Assembly: GCA_015485355.1 (NCBI GenBank)
Contig: WFTQ01000051.1
Span: 1-44,856, forward strand
Direction of reading: 5' to 3'
Length of the DNA: 44,856 bases
From: a bacterium
GTDB taxonomy: Bacteria > Calditrichota > Calditrichia > RBG-13-44-9 > J042
Shown here: positions 18,579 to 27,841 of the stretch, piece after piece
Position numbering within the stretch: position 1 is the stretch's first letter
How the letters are laid out: each line of letters begins with the position of its first letter
Translations under genes and position numbers: made by a program
The notes under the pieces: model-generated
What the model saw: the letters and a program-made list of their open reading frames with translations, nothing else
The model's database searches: none
Told to the model about the DNA's origin: nothing

Positions 18579-19880
18579 ATGAAAATCGGGTATACAAGCA
18601 TTTTCGCGGGGCTTTTCCTGGGGATGGGGGTTTTATTGGCTCAACCACAGGACGATGAAAAAACAAGCTACCTGCAGCAACTGGTGGAAGTGGATCAGTG
18701 TGTGGCCTGCCACATCGAAGAGGAAGCCCTACCGGAAGGTTTACATGAGAACGACATTCATTTGCGCGAGGGACTATCCTGTGCGGGATGCCATGGTGGA
18801 GATCCCACCTCCGACGATATGGATATCGCCATGGATCCCGCCCGTGGTTATATCGGTATACCGGACAAGCAAGAAGTGCCCTCGTTTTGCGGAAAATGCC
18901 ATTCGGATATTCGTTTCATGCGCCGGTTTCGACCGCAGGTGGAGACCGATCAGGAAGTCCAATACTATACCAGTCGTCACGGACGCCTGCTGAAGGCGGG
19001 CGATACCAAGGTGGCGGTTTGTACCGATTGCCATACCAGTCACGCGGTCTTCCCGGCATCCGATCCCCGGTCATCGGTGTACCCCACCAATGTTCCCGAA
19101 ACCTGTAAGCGCTGCCATAGCGATTCGGATTATATGGCGGAATATAAAATTCCCACCGATCAGTACGAAAAGTTTGCCGAAAGCGTTCACGGAGTGGCCC
19201 TTTTAAAGAAAAAGGATGTGGGGTCTCCCGCCTGTAACGATTGCCATGGAAATCACGGCGCCTTACCGCCGGGAGTCACTTCCATCGGGCAGGTCTGCGG
19301 CAATTGCCACATCAACAATTTACAGTATTTTCAAAAGACTAAAATGGCCGAAGAATTTAAGAAAATGGACCTGCACGATTGCATCGAATGCCATGGGTAC
19401 CATGCCGTACCACCAACCAACGATGAAATGGTTGGCGTGGGGGAACAGTCCACCTGTATCGACTGCCACGATGAAGGCGACGAGGGGTATAAAGCCGCGG
19501 TGGAAATTCGAGCGATGTTGCGGAATTTAACCACGGCGATTGATTCGGCCAATACCCTGAAAAAACAGATACAGATCATCGGGATGGATGATCTGGACAT
19601 CGAGTATCTATTGAAAGATGCGCACCAACAATTGATTCACGCGCGCACGGTGATTCATACGTTCGATCCCAAGCAGGTGGAAGAAAAAACCAAAACCGGC
19701 CTGGACAGGGCCAAAGAGGCCATACAGTTGGCATTGGAAGAGATTGAGGAATATCATCGCCGGCGTAAGGGATTCCTTTTTGCCACTTTATTTACCACGC
19801 TGTTGATTATCGGATTGTTCATTAAATTGCGGCAAATCGAATCCGAGCAAAAGGAGGATGCCCATCGGCGGGAACCATAA
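18579..19880 (+). CDS. Nonaheme c-type cytochrome with a C-terminal membrane anchor (cytochrome c subunit of the bc-type complex)
   Basis: Signal peptide starting MKIGYTSIFAGL, with a GAGGA RBS. There are 9 CxxCH motifs, and a C-terminal TM helix (FLFATLFTTLLIIGLFI) followed by a basic tail. The track ORF begins at 18549. Confidence 0.85.
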   Translation: MKIGYTSIFAGLFLGMGVLLAQPQDDEKTSYLQQLVEVDQCVACHIEEEALPEGLHENDIHLREGLSCAGCHGGDPTSDDMDIAMDPARGYIGIPDKQEVPSFCGKCHSDIRFMRRFRPQVETDQEVQYYTSRHGRLLKAGDTKVAVCTDCHTSHAVFPASDPRSSVYPTNVPETCKRCHSDSDYMAEYKIPTDQYEKFAESVHGVALLKKKDVGSPACNDCHGNHGALPPGVTSIGQVCGNCHINNLQYFQKTKMAEEFKKMDLHDCIECHGYHAVPPTNDEMVGVGEQSTCIDCHDEGDEGYKAAVEIRAMLRNLTTAIDSANTLKKQIQIIGMDDLDIEYLLKDAHQQLIHARTVIHTFDPKQVEEKTKTGLDRAKEAIQLALEEIEEYHRRRKGFLFATLFTTLLIIGLFIKLRQIESEQKEDAHRREP

Positions 19881-20116
19881 GGATTTCCCCGTTGGAGGGC
19901 AACGGCGGAGGGGGCAATCCAGAGATGCGATTCGGCGGATCGTTTCCGGGTGGGAGCCATCCTTGGCGCTAAGGGGCTTCTCTGTTTTTCCGATTGAGGG
20001 GCGATGAATTCGGCCCCAGATAGGGGCAGGGATCCCTATCTCCACCCGGCCGGAAGATAGAAATGCAGCAGTGCCGTAAGGGGAAGAAGCAACCATCCCT
20101 TTGGGTGGGGACAATC

Positions 20117-20150
20117 AAAAAGGCGGTTCCCGGAAGAACCGCCTTTTGAA
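20117..20150. terminator. Bidirectional Rho-independent terminator between the convergent cytochrome c and SPFH genes
   Basis: AAAA-GGCGGTTC-ccggaa-GAACCGCC-TTTT: a perfect 8-bp GC-rich stem flanked by an A-run and a T-run. Confidence 0.65.
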
Positions 20151-20169
20151 GTTTTCAGGGGGTTGGGGA

Positions 20170-20937
20170 CTATGTTGGATTACCGGCATTGCCTTTGTGC
20201 CAACTGGACAGGAAGGGAGCGAACAGATCGATGGGGACGGGAAAGATTGTGGTGGAGTTGTTTTCCGAGGCGACCTCGGTGAGGGTTTGCAGAAAGCGCA
20301 GCTGAATGGCTACGGGATATTTGCTGATAATTTCGGCGGCCTGTTGCAACTTTTCGGCGGCCTGATATTCCCCCTCGGCATGGATGATTTTGGAGCGTCG
20401 TTCGCGCTCGGCTTCCGCCTGCCGGGCCATGGCCCGCTTCATCTCGATGGGTAAATCGATGTGCTTGATCTCTACCAGCGAGACCTTCACCCCCCAGGGA
20501 TCGGAATGTTTATCGATGATCTCCTGAAGCTCCTTGTTGATTTTTTCTCGCTGTGCCAGCAATTCATCCAGCTCCACCTGTCCCACAATGGAGCGCAGGG
20601 TGGTTTGAGACAGCTGCGAGGTGGCAAACAGGTAGTTCTCTACTTCCACGACCGCTTTTTCGGGATTGATCACCCGAAAATATACCACGGCGTTGACCTG
20701 AACAGACACATTGTCCCGAGTGATCACATCCTGTGGAGGGACATCCATTACCACAGTGCGCAGGCTAACTTTGATCATTCGATCGATAAAAGGAATGAGT
20801 AAAATCAAGCCCGGGCCTTTGGCCCCGATTAAACGACCCAATCGGAAGATAACACCTCGTTCGTATTCCCGTAACACGCGAATGGCGCTGGCTAATAATG
20901 CCAGTAGCAAAATTAAAATCGTTACAAATGCTGGCAT
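20170..20937 (-). CDS. SPFH/band-7 (stomatin/paraslipin-like) protein
   Basis: 255 aa with an N-terminal TM segment. SPFH domain signature: [30 protein letters not shown]. Confidence 0.9.
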   Translation of the reverse strand: MPAFVTILILLLALLASAIRVLREYERGVIFRLGRLIGAKGPGLILLIPFIDRMIKVSLRTVVMDVPPQDVITRDNVSVQVNAVVYFRVINPEKAVVEVENYLFATSQLSQTTLRSIVGQVELDELLAQREKINKELQEIIDKHSDPWGVKVSLVEIKHIDLPIEMKRAMARQAEAERERRSKIIHAEGEYQAAEKLQQAAEIISKYPVAIQLRFLQTLTEVASENNSTTIFPVPIDLFAPFLSSWHKGNAGNPT

Positions 20938-21223
20938 GACCTCCTCCAGAGTTTTGCTGATCGCTCAAATTAATTCCGCTTTTGTGCTTACCCTTTTATT
21001 GGATTCTGATACGCCGGGTTCCCCCCATGGAACTCCACCGAAGATTCGGGCTTCCTTTTGCGGGCCGATTGGGGTCCACCATGCCGCCCCTTAATCGGCC
21101 GCTCGTTCGTTCTCGATGGTGGCCTCTTCATACGGGTTTATCACCGGTTCCCATAAAACGACCTCGGTTCTCATGGCGGTATTCCGTGCAACGACCGCCC
21201 CTGGGTGCAAGCGGAGTGTTTGA

Positions 21224-21493
21224 TTAATTCTCCTTTTTTTCACGGGTGCGGGGTTTTTTTGCCTTCAGCTCCCGATAGCGTTTTTTGGCCCGCTCGATGG
21301 TGGCCCGACGATATGCTTCGTCCTCATGATAGCGTTTTCTTGCCAGCTGTTTGGTTTTTTCACGGTAGTCCGGGTCCTGCTGATAGCGTTGTTTCATCTT
21401 GAGAAGGATTTTTTCCCGATTGCGTTCGTAGTAGGTCTTTTTGGCTTTCTGAGTAGCCATGTGGGTTTTGCTCTTTTTTATTCTGGAACCCAT
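21224..21493 (-). CDS. Small highly basic protein with three K-R-Y repeats (hypothetical)
   Basis: 89 aa, about 45% K/R/E. It has a repeating (K/Q)RY..D..YR(E/R) unit and is sandwiched between nfeD and the SPFH gene. Confidence 0.4.
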   Translation of the reverse strand: MGSRIKKSKTHMATQKAKKTYYERNREKILLKMKQRYQQDPDYREKTKQLARKRYHEDEAYRRATIERAKKRYRELKAKKPRTREKKEN

Positions 21494-21505
21494 TTATTTT
21501 GATCA

Positions 21506-22801
21506 TCAGGGCGTCTCCTCATCGGTTTCTTCGACCCGTTGCACCCGCAAGTGGAGCCCATCGACCCGGGTAACCCGAACGGCATCCCCCTTGCGGATGG
21601 AATCGTTGCTTTTGGCCTTCCAGATCTCGCCGTGAACCATTACCTGACCCGACCCTTTGCGGAAATTCTCGATGGCCTCACCGAACTCACCCACCAGGCC
21701 TTCGCTTCCGGTGGTGGGTTTTTTCCTTTGCGCTCGGATGCCCATCCCAATGGCAAAAATGAAAAACAGGGCCGTGGTTACCGTGGCTGCGGCGATGACT
21801 TTCCAGGATACCCGTAAAAAAGGTAAAGGCGACTCGAATAACATCAGGGAACCGAGAACCAGGGACACAATGCCTCCTATCGTTAAGAGTCCGTAACTGG
21901 GAATTTTGATTTCCAGCAAAAACAATATGACCGCCAAAATGATGAGCAGCAAACCGGCATAATTGATGGGAAGGGTTTGCAAGGCATAAAAGGCCAGGAT
22001 CAGGGAGATGGTTCCGATGACGCCGGGAAAAATCGATCCGGGATTATAGAGTTCAAAAAGGATACCGTAGATGCCGATAAGCATCAGGATGTAGGCCACA
22101 TTCGGATCGCTGATCACATTGAGCACGCGGTAGCGGAAGGACATTTCGATGCGCTGAATCCGTGCCTTTCGGGTATGCAGGGTTATCTTCCCCCGGCTGG
22201 TTTCCACCTCTTGGCCGTCCATTAGAACCAGCAGGCTATCCAGGGTGGGGGCGATGAAATCGATGACGTTGAGCTCCAGGGCTTCCGTTTCGGTGATGGA
22301 GGCGCTTTCCCGTACCGCCTTTTCGGCCCATTCGGCATTGCGACCTCGCTTTTCGGCAATGCTTTTGATGAAAGCCACGGCATCGTTGGTAACCTTTTCC
22401 ATCATGGTTTGGCTGGTGTCGGCTCCCATCCCAAAGGCCACCGGATGGGCGGCCCCGATATTGGTGCCCGGTGCCATAGCCGCCACATGGGCCGCCAGGG
22501 TAATAAAAACGCCGGCCGACCCCGCCCGAGAACCCGAAGGCGCTACATACACCACAATGGGAATGGCAGAGGTTAACATGTCCTTGACGATCATGCGCAT
22601 CGATTTCATTAACCCACCCGGCGTATCCAGCAGAATCACCAACACCTGGGCATTGGCTTCCTCCGCCCTTTCAATGTTGTTCTGGATAAAATTCTGAGCT
22701 ACCGGATTGATGACCCCGTCAATCTGAATGACGTGCACCTGCTCCTGCGCATAGATCGTGCCGGTGAAAAACAGCCATAAAGGAAAAAGTTTCTGTATCA
22801 T
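21506..22801 (-). CDS. NfeD-family membrane-bound ClpP-class serine protease (stomatin operon partner)
   Basis: 431 aa with an N-terminal S49/ClpP-like domain (LDTPGG, SAGVFITLAA), central TM helices and a C-terminal OB-fold. Confidence 0.85.
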   Translation of the reverse strand: MIQKLFPLWLFFTGTIYAQEQVHVIQIDGVINPVAQNFIQNNIERAEEANAQVLVILLDTPGGLMKSMRMIVKDMLTSAIPIVVYVAPSGSRAGSAGVFITLAAHVAAMAPGTNIGAAHPVAFGMGADTSQTMMEKVTNDAVAFIKSIAEKRGRNAEWAEKAVRESASITETEALELNVIDFIAPTLDSLLVLMDGQEVETSRGKITLHTRKARIQRIEMSFRYRVLNVISDPNVAYILMLIGIYGILFELYNPGSIFPGVIGTISLILAFYALQTLPINYAGLLLIILAVILFLLEIKIPSYGLLTIGGIVSLVLGSLMLFESPLPFLRVSWKVIAAATVTTALFFIFAIGMGIRAQRKKPTTGSEGLVGEFGEAIENFRKGSGQVMVHGEIWKAKSNDSIRKGDAVRVTRVDGLHLRVQRVEETDEETP

Positions 22802-23130
22802 ATATATTTTTTTCTTTTTTCTTCATGCAGTTTAATACATCCGCATTTTTATGTCAAGCCTTTTTCGGTGGCCGGAAGGAGACGGATACCCGGGTCCGGG
22901 GAAGCGAGGTGTTGTTTTCCCGGAGAGCGGATCGGTGGGCGCGGAATACCGGGCGTGCGGGACCTACCGTTGGGGATCGAATTTTTGTTTGGGTTTTTGT
23001 GGGAACGGCTCTATTTTTCAGGGAAAGCATGTGAGGGGTGGAGAGAGCGGTCGGTTCAACCAGGCGGAAAGGATCGGTTCAAAATTCTCGATCGTAAACG
23101 ATGAGTCGGGCGATGGAAGAAGATAAAGGC

Positions 23131-23550
23131 ATGACCATTGGGGAATTGGCCCGTCGTGCGGGGGTTCATCTGGAGACCATTCGGTATTACGAACGGGTGG
23201 GGGTAATGCCCTCGCCGGAGCGCAGTTCCGCCGGATATCGGCTGTACCGTTCCGAGGACCTCCGACGTTTGAATTTTATTCGTCGGGCCAAGGAACTGGG
23301 ATTTACTTTGAGGGAAATACGGGAGTTGTTCGACCTCCGGATGGAACCTTCTACCACTTGCGAGGATGTGCGTCTTCGGGCGCTGGAAAAGGTTCGTACA
23401 ATTGAACAGAGGCTTCGGGAGCTGGAGCAAATGCGGCGGGCGTTGCAGCGGTTGGCGGCTACCTGTACCGGCAGGGGCCCCGCCGGTGAGTGCCCTTTTC
23501 TGGACGCCCTGGATGCCGTGGAGGAGGACCCGGATATCCCTGCTCAATGA
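23131..23550 (+). CDS. MerR-family metal-responsive regulator with Hg-MerR-type cysteine triad
   Basis: HTH MTIGELARRAGVHLETIRYYERVGV with a coiled-coil dimerisation helix. The Cys residues are spaced C-x34-C-x8-C, which is identical to Tn501 MerR C82/C117/C126. The track ORF starts at 23101. Confidence 0.8.
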   Translation: MTIGELARRAGVHLETIRYYERVGVMPSPERSSAGYRLYRSEDLRRLNFIRRAKELGFTLREIRELFDLRMEPSTTCEDVRLRALEKVRTIEQRLRELEQMRRALQRLAATCTGRGPAGECPFLDALDAVEEDPDIPAQ

Positions 23551-23738
23551 ATGGCGACCGGAGAGAGGATCGTTTACCGCTGAGCAAATCGCAAGGGTGC
23601 GGCGACGGAAGGTTGGGGGAATTGTAGGGGTTGGGAATGCCGTCTTCTCCGCCGGGGGATGCCGCAATCCTATGGTGCGTTGGGATGGAGGAGGAAGGGA
23701 GCGGCATGATCGGATGGGGATCACACCGTGGCAGGGCA

Positions 23739-25163
23739 TCAGCCGAACAGACCTTTCAGGATGTAATAGAAGATGATGGCGCCCCCGGCCCCCACGGGAA
23801 TGGTCACGATCCAGGAGATGATGATATCCAGGATGGTTCGCAGATTAAGAGCGCCGATCCCCCTGGCCAGTCCCACCCCCAGCACGGCACCCACCAGCGT
23901 GTGGGTGGTACTGATGGGCAGGCCCATTTTGGAGGCCAGTACGATGGTACAGGCGGCGGAAAATTCTGCGGCAAAACCCCGTGTGGGGGTCAATTCGGTG
24001 ATTTTTTTTCCGATGGTTTCCATCACTCGCCAACCCCAGGTGGATAGGCCGATGACGATGCCCAGGCCGCCCAGGGCCAGGGTCCACATGGGAACTTCGG
24101 TCTTCAGGGCCACGATACCCGATTGCAAAATGGCGATCACCGCCGCTAAGGGACCCACTGCATTGGCCACGTCGTTGGCCCCGTGGGCGAAGGCCACAAA
24201 GCTGGCGCTTAAGATTTGCAGGTAAACAAAAATTTTCTGAACCGTTTTATACTCCGAGGTGGTTTGCTCCACTTCGGTGCCCCGCTTAATTTCCTCGTTA
24301 ATGGTGCGGAGGTCCTGGTAAATGTAGGTCAGTTTATTTTTAATCTCGCCCCGGCTTTCGCGGGCCAGGCGCTCCAGCTGCTGAAGCAGGCGGGGCAATT
24401 TTTGCCGAACGATGGGAGGTTGCCGCTGGATTTCTCGCTCTTTAATCGGAACCGGTTGAATGCGTTGAACCAGGAAGTAACTGACTATCGCCGCCATCAG
24501 TCCTGCGATCGAGGCAATGAAGGAGGCCTTCAAAAAGTTCAAATTTAGATGCAGGTTTTTTAATCCCTTGAATACCAGGGCCAGGGTGAGCACAAAAAAG
24601 ACGACAAAAACAATCCATGGAGCCAGCCGTTTGGCCGCCGCCACCGGATTTTCCTTATAGTAAATGTTTTTCCTTAGAAAGTTAAATACAAAAAAAGCGA
24701 TTGTGCCACTCAGTAACGGGGAAACGATCCAGCTGGCTACAATGGAACCCACCTTCGACCAATCCGCTGCGTGGATCCCCCCTATCACCACGCCAAAGCC
24801 CAGCACCGAACCCACAATGGAATGGGTGGTGGACACGGGCCATCCGAAATAAGAGGCGATTTGTAACCAGATGGCGGCCGCCAGCAAGGCACCGGTCATT
24901 CCAAAGGCCAGCTCCATGGGCTGGCTCTGGAATATTTCGGGGCTGATAATTCCTTTGCGAATGGTTTCGGAAACATGGGTGCCCACGAAGAAAGCCCCGG
25001 AAAATTCCAGCACCGCGGCAACGATCACCGCCTTTTTGATCGTCAGGGCTCCAGAGCCCACAGAAGTTCCCATGGCATTGGCCACGTCGTTGGCCCCGAT
25101 GCTCCATGCCATATAAAACCCGAAACCAATGGCCAATACCAGTAATAGCGTTTCTGCAGACAT
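23739..25163 (-). CDS. Inorganic phosphate transporter, PiT family
   Basis: 474 aa with duplicated GANDVANA motifs and 10-12 TM helices. Confidence 0.9.
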   Translation of the reverse strand: MSAETLLLVLAIGFGFYMAWSIGANDVANAMGTSVGSGALTIKKAVIVAAVLEFSGAFFVGTHVSETIRKGIISPEIFQSQPMELAFGMTGALLAAAIWLQIASYFGWPVSTTHSIVGSVLGFGVVIGGIHAADWSKVGSIVASWIVSPLLSGTIAFFVFNFLRKNIYYKENPVAAAKRLAPWIVFVVFFVLTLALVFKGLKNLHLNLNFLKASFIASIAGLMAAIVSYFLVQRIQPVPIKEREIQRQPPIVRQKLPRLLQQLERLARESRGEIKNKLTYIYQDLRTINEEIKRGTEVEQTTSEYKTVQKIFVYLQILSASFVAFAHGANDVANAVGPLAAVIAILQSGIVALKTEVPMWTLALGGLGIVIGLSTWGWRVMETIGKKITELTPTRGFAAEFSAACTIVLASKMGLPISTTHTLVGAVLGVGLARGIGALNLRTILDIIISWIVTIPVGAGGAIIFYYILKGLFG

Positions 25164-25217
25164 TCTTTCCTCCTTGCTATCGCTCGTCGTTTCCGCCGGT
25201 TCGTAGGGCCGTGTTTT

Positions 25218-25892
25218 CTATTTAATCTCCAGTAACATTCGAATGCGGTTGCCCAGCTTTTCGGCCAGATTGGCCAGCGAAGCCACCGTTTGGAGAATAC
25301 TGATCCAGAGGTAAAAACTGGAAAAGGGAAGATCGTCTTCCATGGAAAAAATCTTTTTTAACAGCTGGCGTTGCAACACATCGGCTTCGTGTTCCATAAA
25401 GGCGACCTCATCCACCATTTCTTTCACCTTTTCGGCCTCCGGTCCGCCGAACGAGCTTTCCAGCAACTCATCCATCTGACGAATGATGGCGTGGGCTTTA
25501 TTCACCGCCTCGATGTTTTTATCCAAAAATCGTTTCAATTCTTTTTGCATATCCGGAAGGGGTTCCAGCCGTTTCAGGCTCATCAGCACCCCGATATCCT
25601 CGGCTTTATCGGCGATGGTATCCTGTAGCGCCAGGATTTCCAGCAAATCGGCCCGGTTGATCGCCAGAAAAATTCCCTTGGGCAAACTGTTGCGGATTTC
25701 GTTCTTGGTCAGATCGGCCATGTGCTCCAGTTCGGAAATGTCTTCCACCAGCTGATGGATGCGTTCGTAATCACCCCGGGAGTAGGCTTCGAACAATTCT
25801 TCCAGCTTTTGCACGCACTCGGCAACGCGGGACATATGGGTCTGTAGCGGCGAGAAGGGCGAGCGGGCAAACAAGCTCAAAATACTTCGCAT
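25218..25892 (-). CDS. DUF47/TIGR00153 PhoU-like Pit accessory protein
   Basis: 224 aa. It shows the typical pairing upstream of PiT, with helical PhoU-like repeats. Confidence 0.8.
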   Translation of the reverse strand: MRSILSLFARSPFSPLQTHMSRVAECVQKLEELFEAYSRGDYERIHQLVEDISELEHMADLTKNEIRNSLPKGIFLAINRADLLEILALQDTIADKAEDIGVLMSLKRLEPLPDMQKELKRFLDKNIEAVNKAHAIIRQMDELLESSFGGPEAEKVKEMVDEVAFMEHEADVLQRQLLKKIFSMEDDLPFSSFYLWISILQTVASLANLAEKLGNRIRMLLEIK

Positions 25893-26379
25893 TGGACGGT
25901 TCTCCCATTTTGAATGGTTAATGGACGATGATGAAGCACTCCCCAGCGCTCGGGCGGAGACGAAGCCGGCCTTCCGGATCGGCTGTTGCCCGTTGATGTG
26001 CTGCGCTGTCAGGAATCGCCATGGAAAAACTTCCCATTGTGTAGAGTCAGCGATTCGAAATTTAAGACAAAAAGTAATAATTTTTTTTCGGGAATTGAAG
26101 AACTAAGTAAATTTACCGCTGTTTTCCGGGGTGCCGGGAAGACCGGGTCGTCTGCACGGTGTGCTCCTGGAAGAGAAAACCCCGGTTATTGAATTTCAAA
26201 TTGATTTTAAACATTTGAAAAAATAACTTGCGGTCTCTTGACACCCGAACCCATGATCTTTGAATCCAACGATGGAAACACGAGAGGCGGCGGCCGATGG
26301 TGAACGGCCGAGTGATGGTGAAGCCCCCCGGGACCGGGTAAATAAGCAAGGTGGTGATTTGGTATGGTGGGAGGTAGTC

Positions 26380-27798
26380 ATGCGTATTTCGGAGAGGCCT
26401 TTCCGATGGTGGTGTTTGATGGTTCTGTTTTTGGGTATGGGAAGTCTCCGGGCGGAAACTACCCGTGTTATTGCCCTCAGCTGGCGGGACGTCGTCGGCA
26501 AGACCCGCAGCCACAACCTGACCCTGCAGATTGCTTATCAAGACTATCGTTTTCAAAGGATGGAGGAGTGGAAGGCGTTCAGTACCTTTCTACCTCAAGT
26601 CAGCTATCAGGGTGTGGGAACCCGCAACATCGAATTGCCCGAATTTGTTTTCCAAATAAATGGTTTAACCCAGCGGGTTCGAGTGGGTACTCGATATAAC
26701 GTGTTGCACACCTTTCAGCTGAATTGGCCGTTGTTTACGGGCGGGAAGCGTTGGGCCGGCTGGCGGGCCCAGAGGGAACTGCGGAAGTCCCTGGCGGAAG
26801 AGTTGCGGGGAAAAGAAGCCACTGTAATCCTCAACGCATTGCAAAGTTATTACCAGATTTTATTGGGGGAAATGCTGGTTCGGGTCAACCGGAGTGCCCT
26901 GAAGGCGGCGCGAGTGAATTTAAACCAGGTGGAAAAATTCTACCAGGTGGGTACGGCATCGCAATTGGACTTAATGCGGGCCCGGACCCGCCTGGCCGAG
27001 CTGGAACCCGCTTTGTTGTCCGCCCGCCATCAAAAGCAACTGGCGGTGGAAAATCTAAAATTCCTCCTGAATCTTGCCCCGGAGGATTCGCTTGTGGTGC
27101 TGGATAGTTTACAGATCATGGATTTTCTGGGACCGTTGGCTCGTTGGTCCCTGGCGGATATGATGGAACTGGCCCTGCAACATCGTCCGGAATTGCAAAT
27201 GATGGCGCATACGGCTCGGGCGGCGGGAAAGCAGCGCACCATCGCCGCCTCCCGGTTTCTTCCCAGTGTGGCCCTATCGGCCTCCGTGGAGCATCAGGCA
27301 CAGGTCGATCAACTCTATCCTGCGGCCACGGATTACGTTCGGGTGAAACGGGCCCTCCTCACGGTGCAGTTTCCCCTATTCCAGGGTGCCCAGCGGCTAC
27401 TGGACTATCAACAGGCCCGAATACAGCATAAAAAAATGCAATTGCAGCTGGAGCAGTTCAAACAACAGGTGTTGCTGGAAGTGCGCCGGTCTTATTTCCG
27501 TTTTCAGGAAACTTCCCGCAAACTGGAGGGCTTGAAAGAGGCCGCCAATGAATCGGCGGAGAGCTTGCGGTTGGCCCGGTTGTATTTTCGCCAGGGGATG
27601 GCCACCCAATTGGAGGTCTTAACGGCCCAGCTCCAATATGTGCAAAGCCTGTTGAACTATCATCGGGGGGTGTTTGACTATAACATGAGTCAATTGCAGT
27701 TGTTGCAGGCCATGGGTCAATTGGATCGGATCGTCCAGGAGGCCGCCCCGGCTGGGTCGAGGTCTGTTCTGGAAGGCCGGGAGAAGTCCGTCGATTGA
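26380..27798 (+). CDS. TolC-family outer-membrane efflux protein
   Basis: Signal peptide, two OEP repeats and coiled-coil helices. The track ORF starts upstream at 26260. An RBS (GGTGGGAGG) precedes the ATG at 26380. Confidence 0.8.
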   Translation: MRISERPFRWWCLMVLFLGMGSLRAETTRVIALSWRDVVGKTRSHNLTLQIAYQDYRFQRMEEWKAFSTFLPQVSYQGVGTRNIELPEFVFQINGLTQRVRVGTRYNVLHTFQLNWPLFTGGKRWAGWRAQRELRKSLAEELRGKEATVILNALQSYYQILLGEMLVRVNRSALKAARVNLNQVEKFYQVGTASQLDLMRARTRLAELEPALLSARHQKQLAVENLKFLLNLAPEDSLVVLDSLQIMDFLGPLARWSLADMMELALQHRPELQMMAHTARAAGKQRTIAASRFLPSVALSASVEHQAQVDQLYPAATDYVRVKRALLTVQFPLFQGAQRLLDYQQARIQHKKMQLQLEQFKQQVLLEVRRSYFRFQETSRKLEGLKEAANESAESLRLARLYFRQGMATQLEVLTAQLQYVQSLLNYHRGVFDYNMSQLQLLQAMGQLDRIVQEAAPAGSRSVLEGREKSVD

Positions 27799-27841
27799 TC
27801 CGTTGGCCCAACTGTGGGTCATAGAAAAATAGGAGTGTGGG

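Noticed and set aside
23056-23739. 227-aa minus-strand ORF overlapping the merR-like gene
   Set aside because: The product is Pro/Arg-rich junk. The sense-strand MerR has a clear HTH and a Cys triad.
26260-26379. N-terminal extension of the TolC-like ORF from 26260
   Set aside because: The true start is most likely ATG 26380, with an upstream GGTGGGAGG RBS and an immediate signal peptide. The extension is acidic and Gly-rich with no function apparent.
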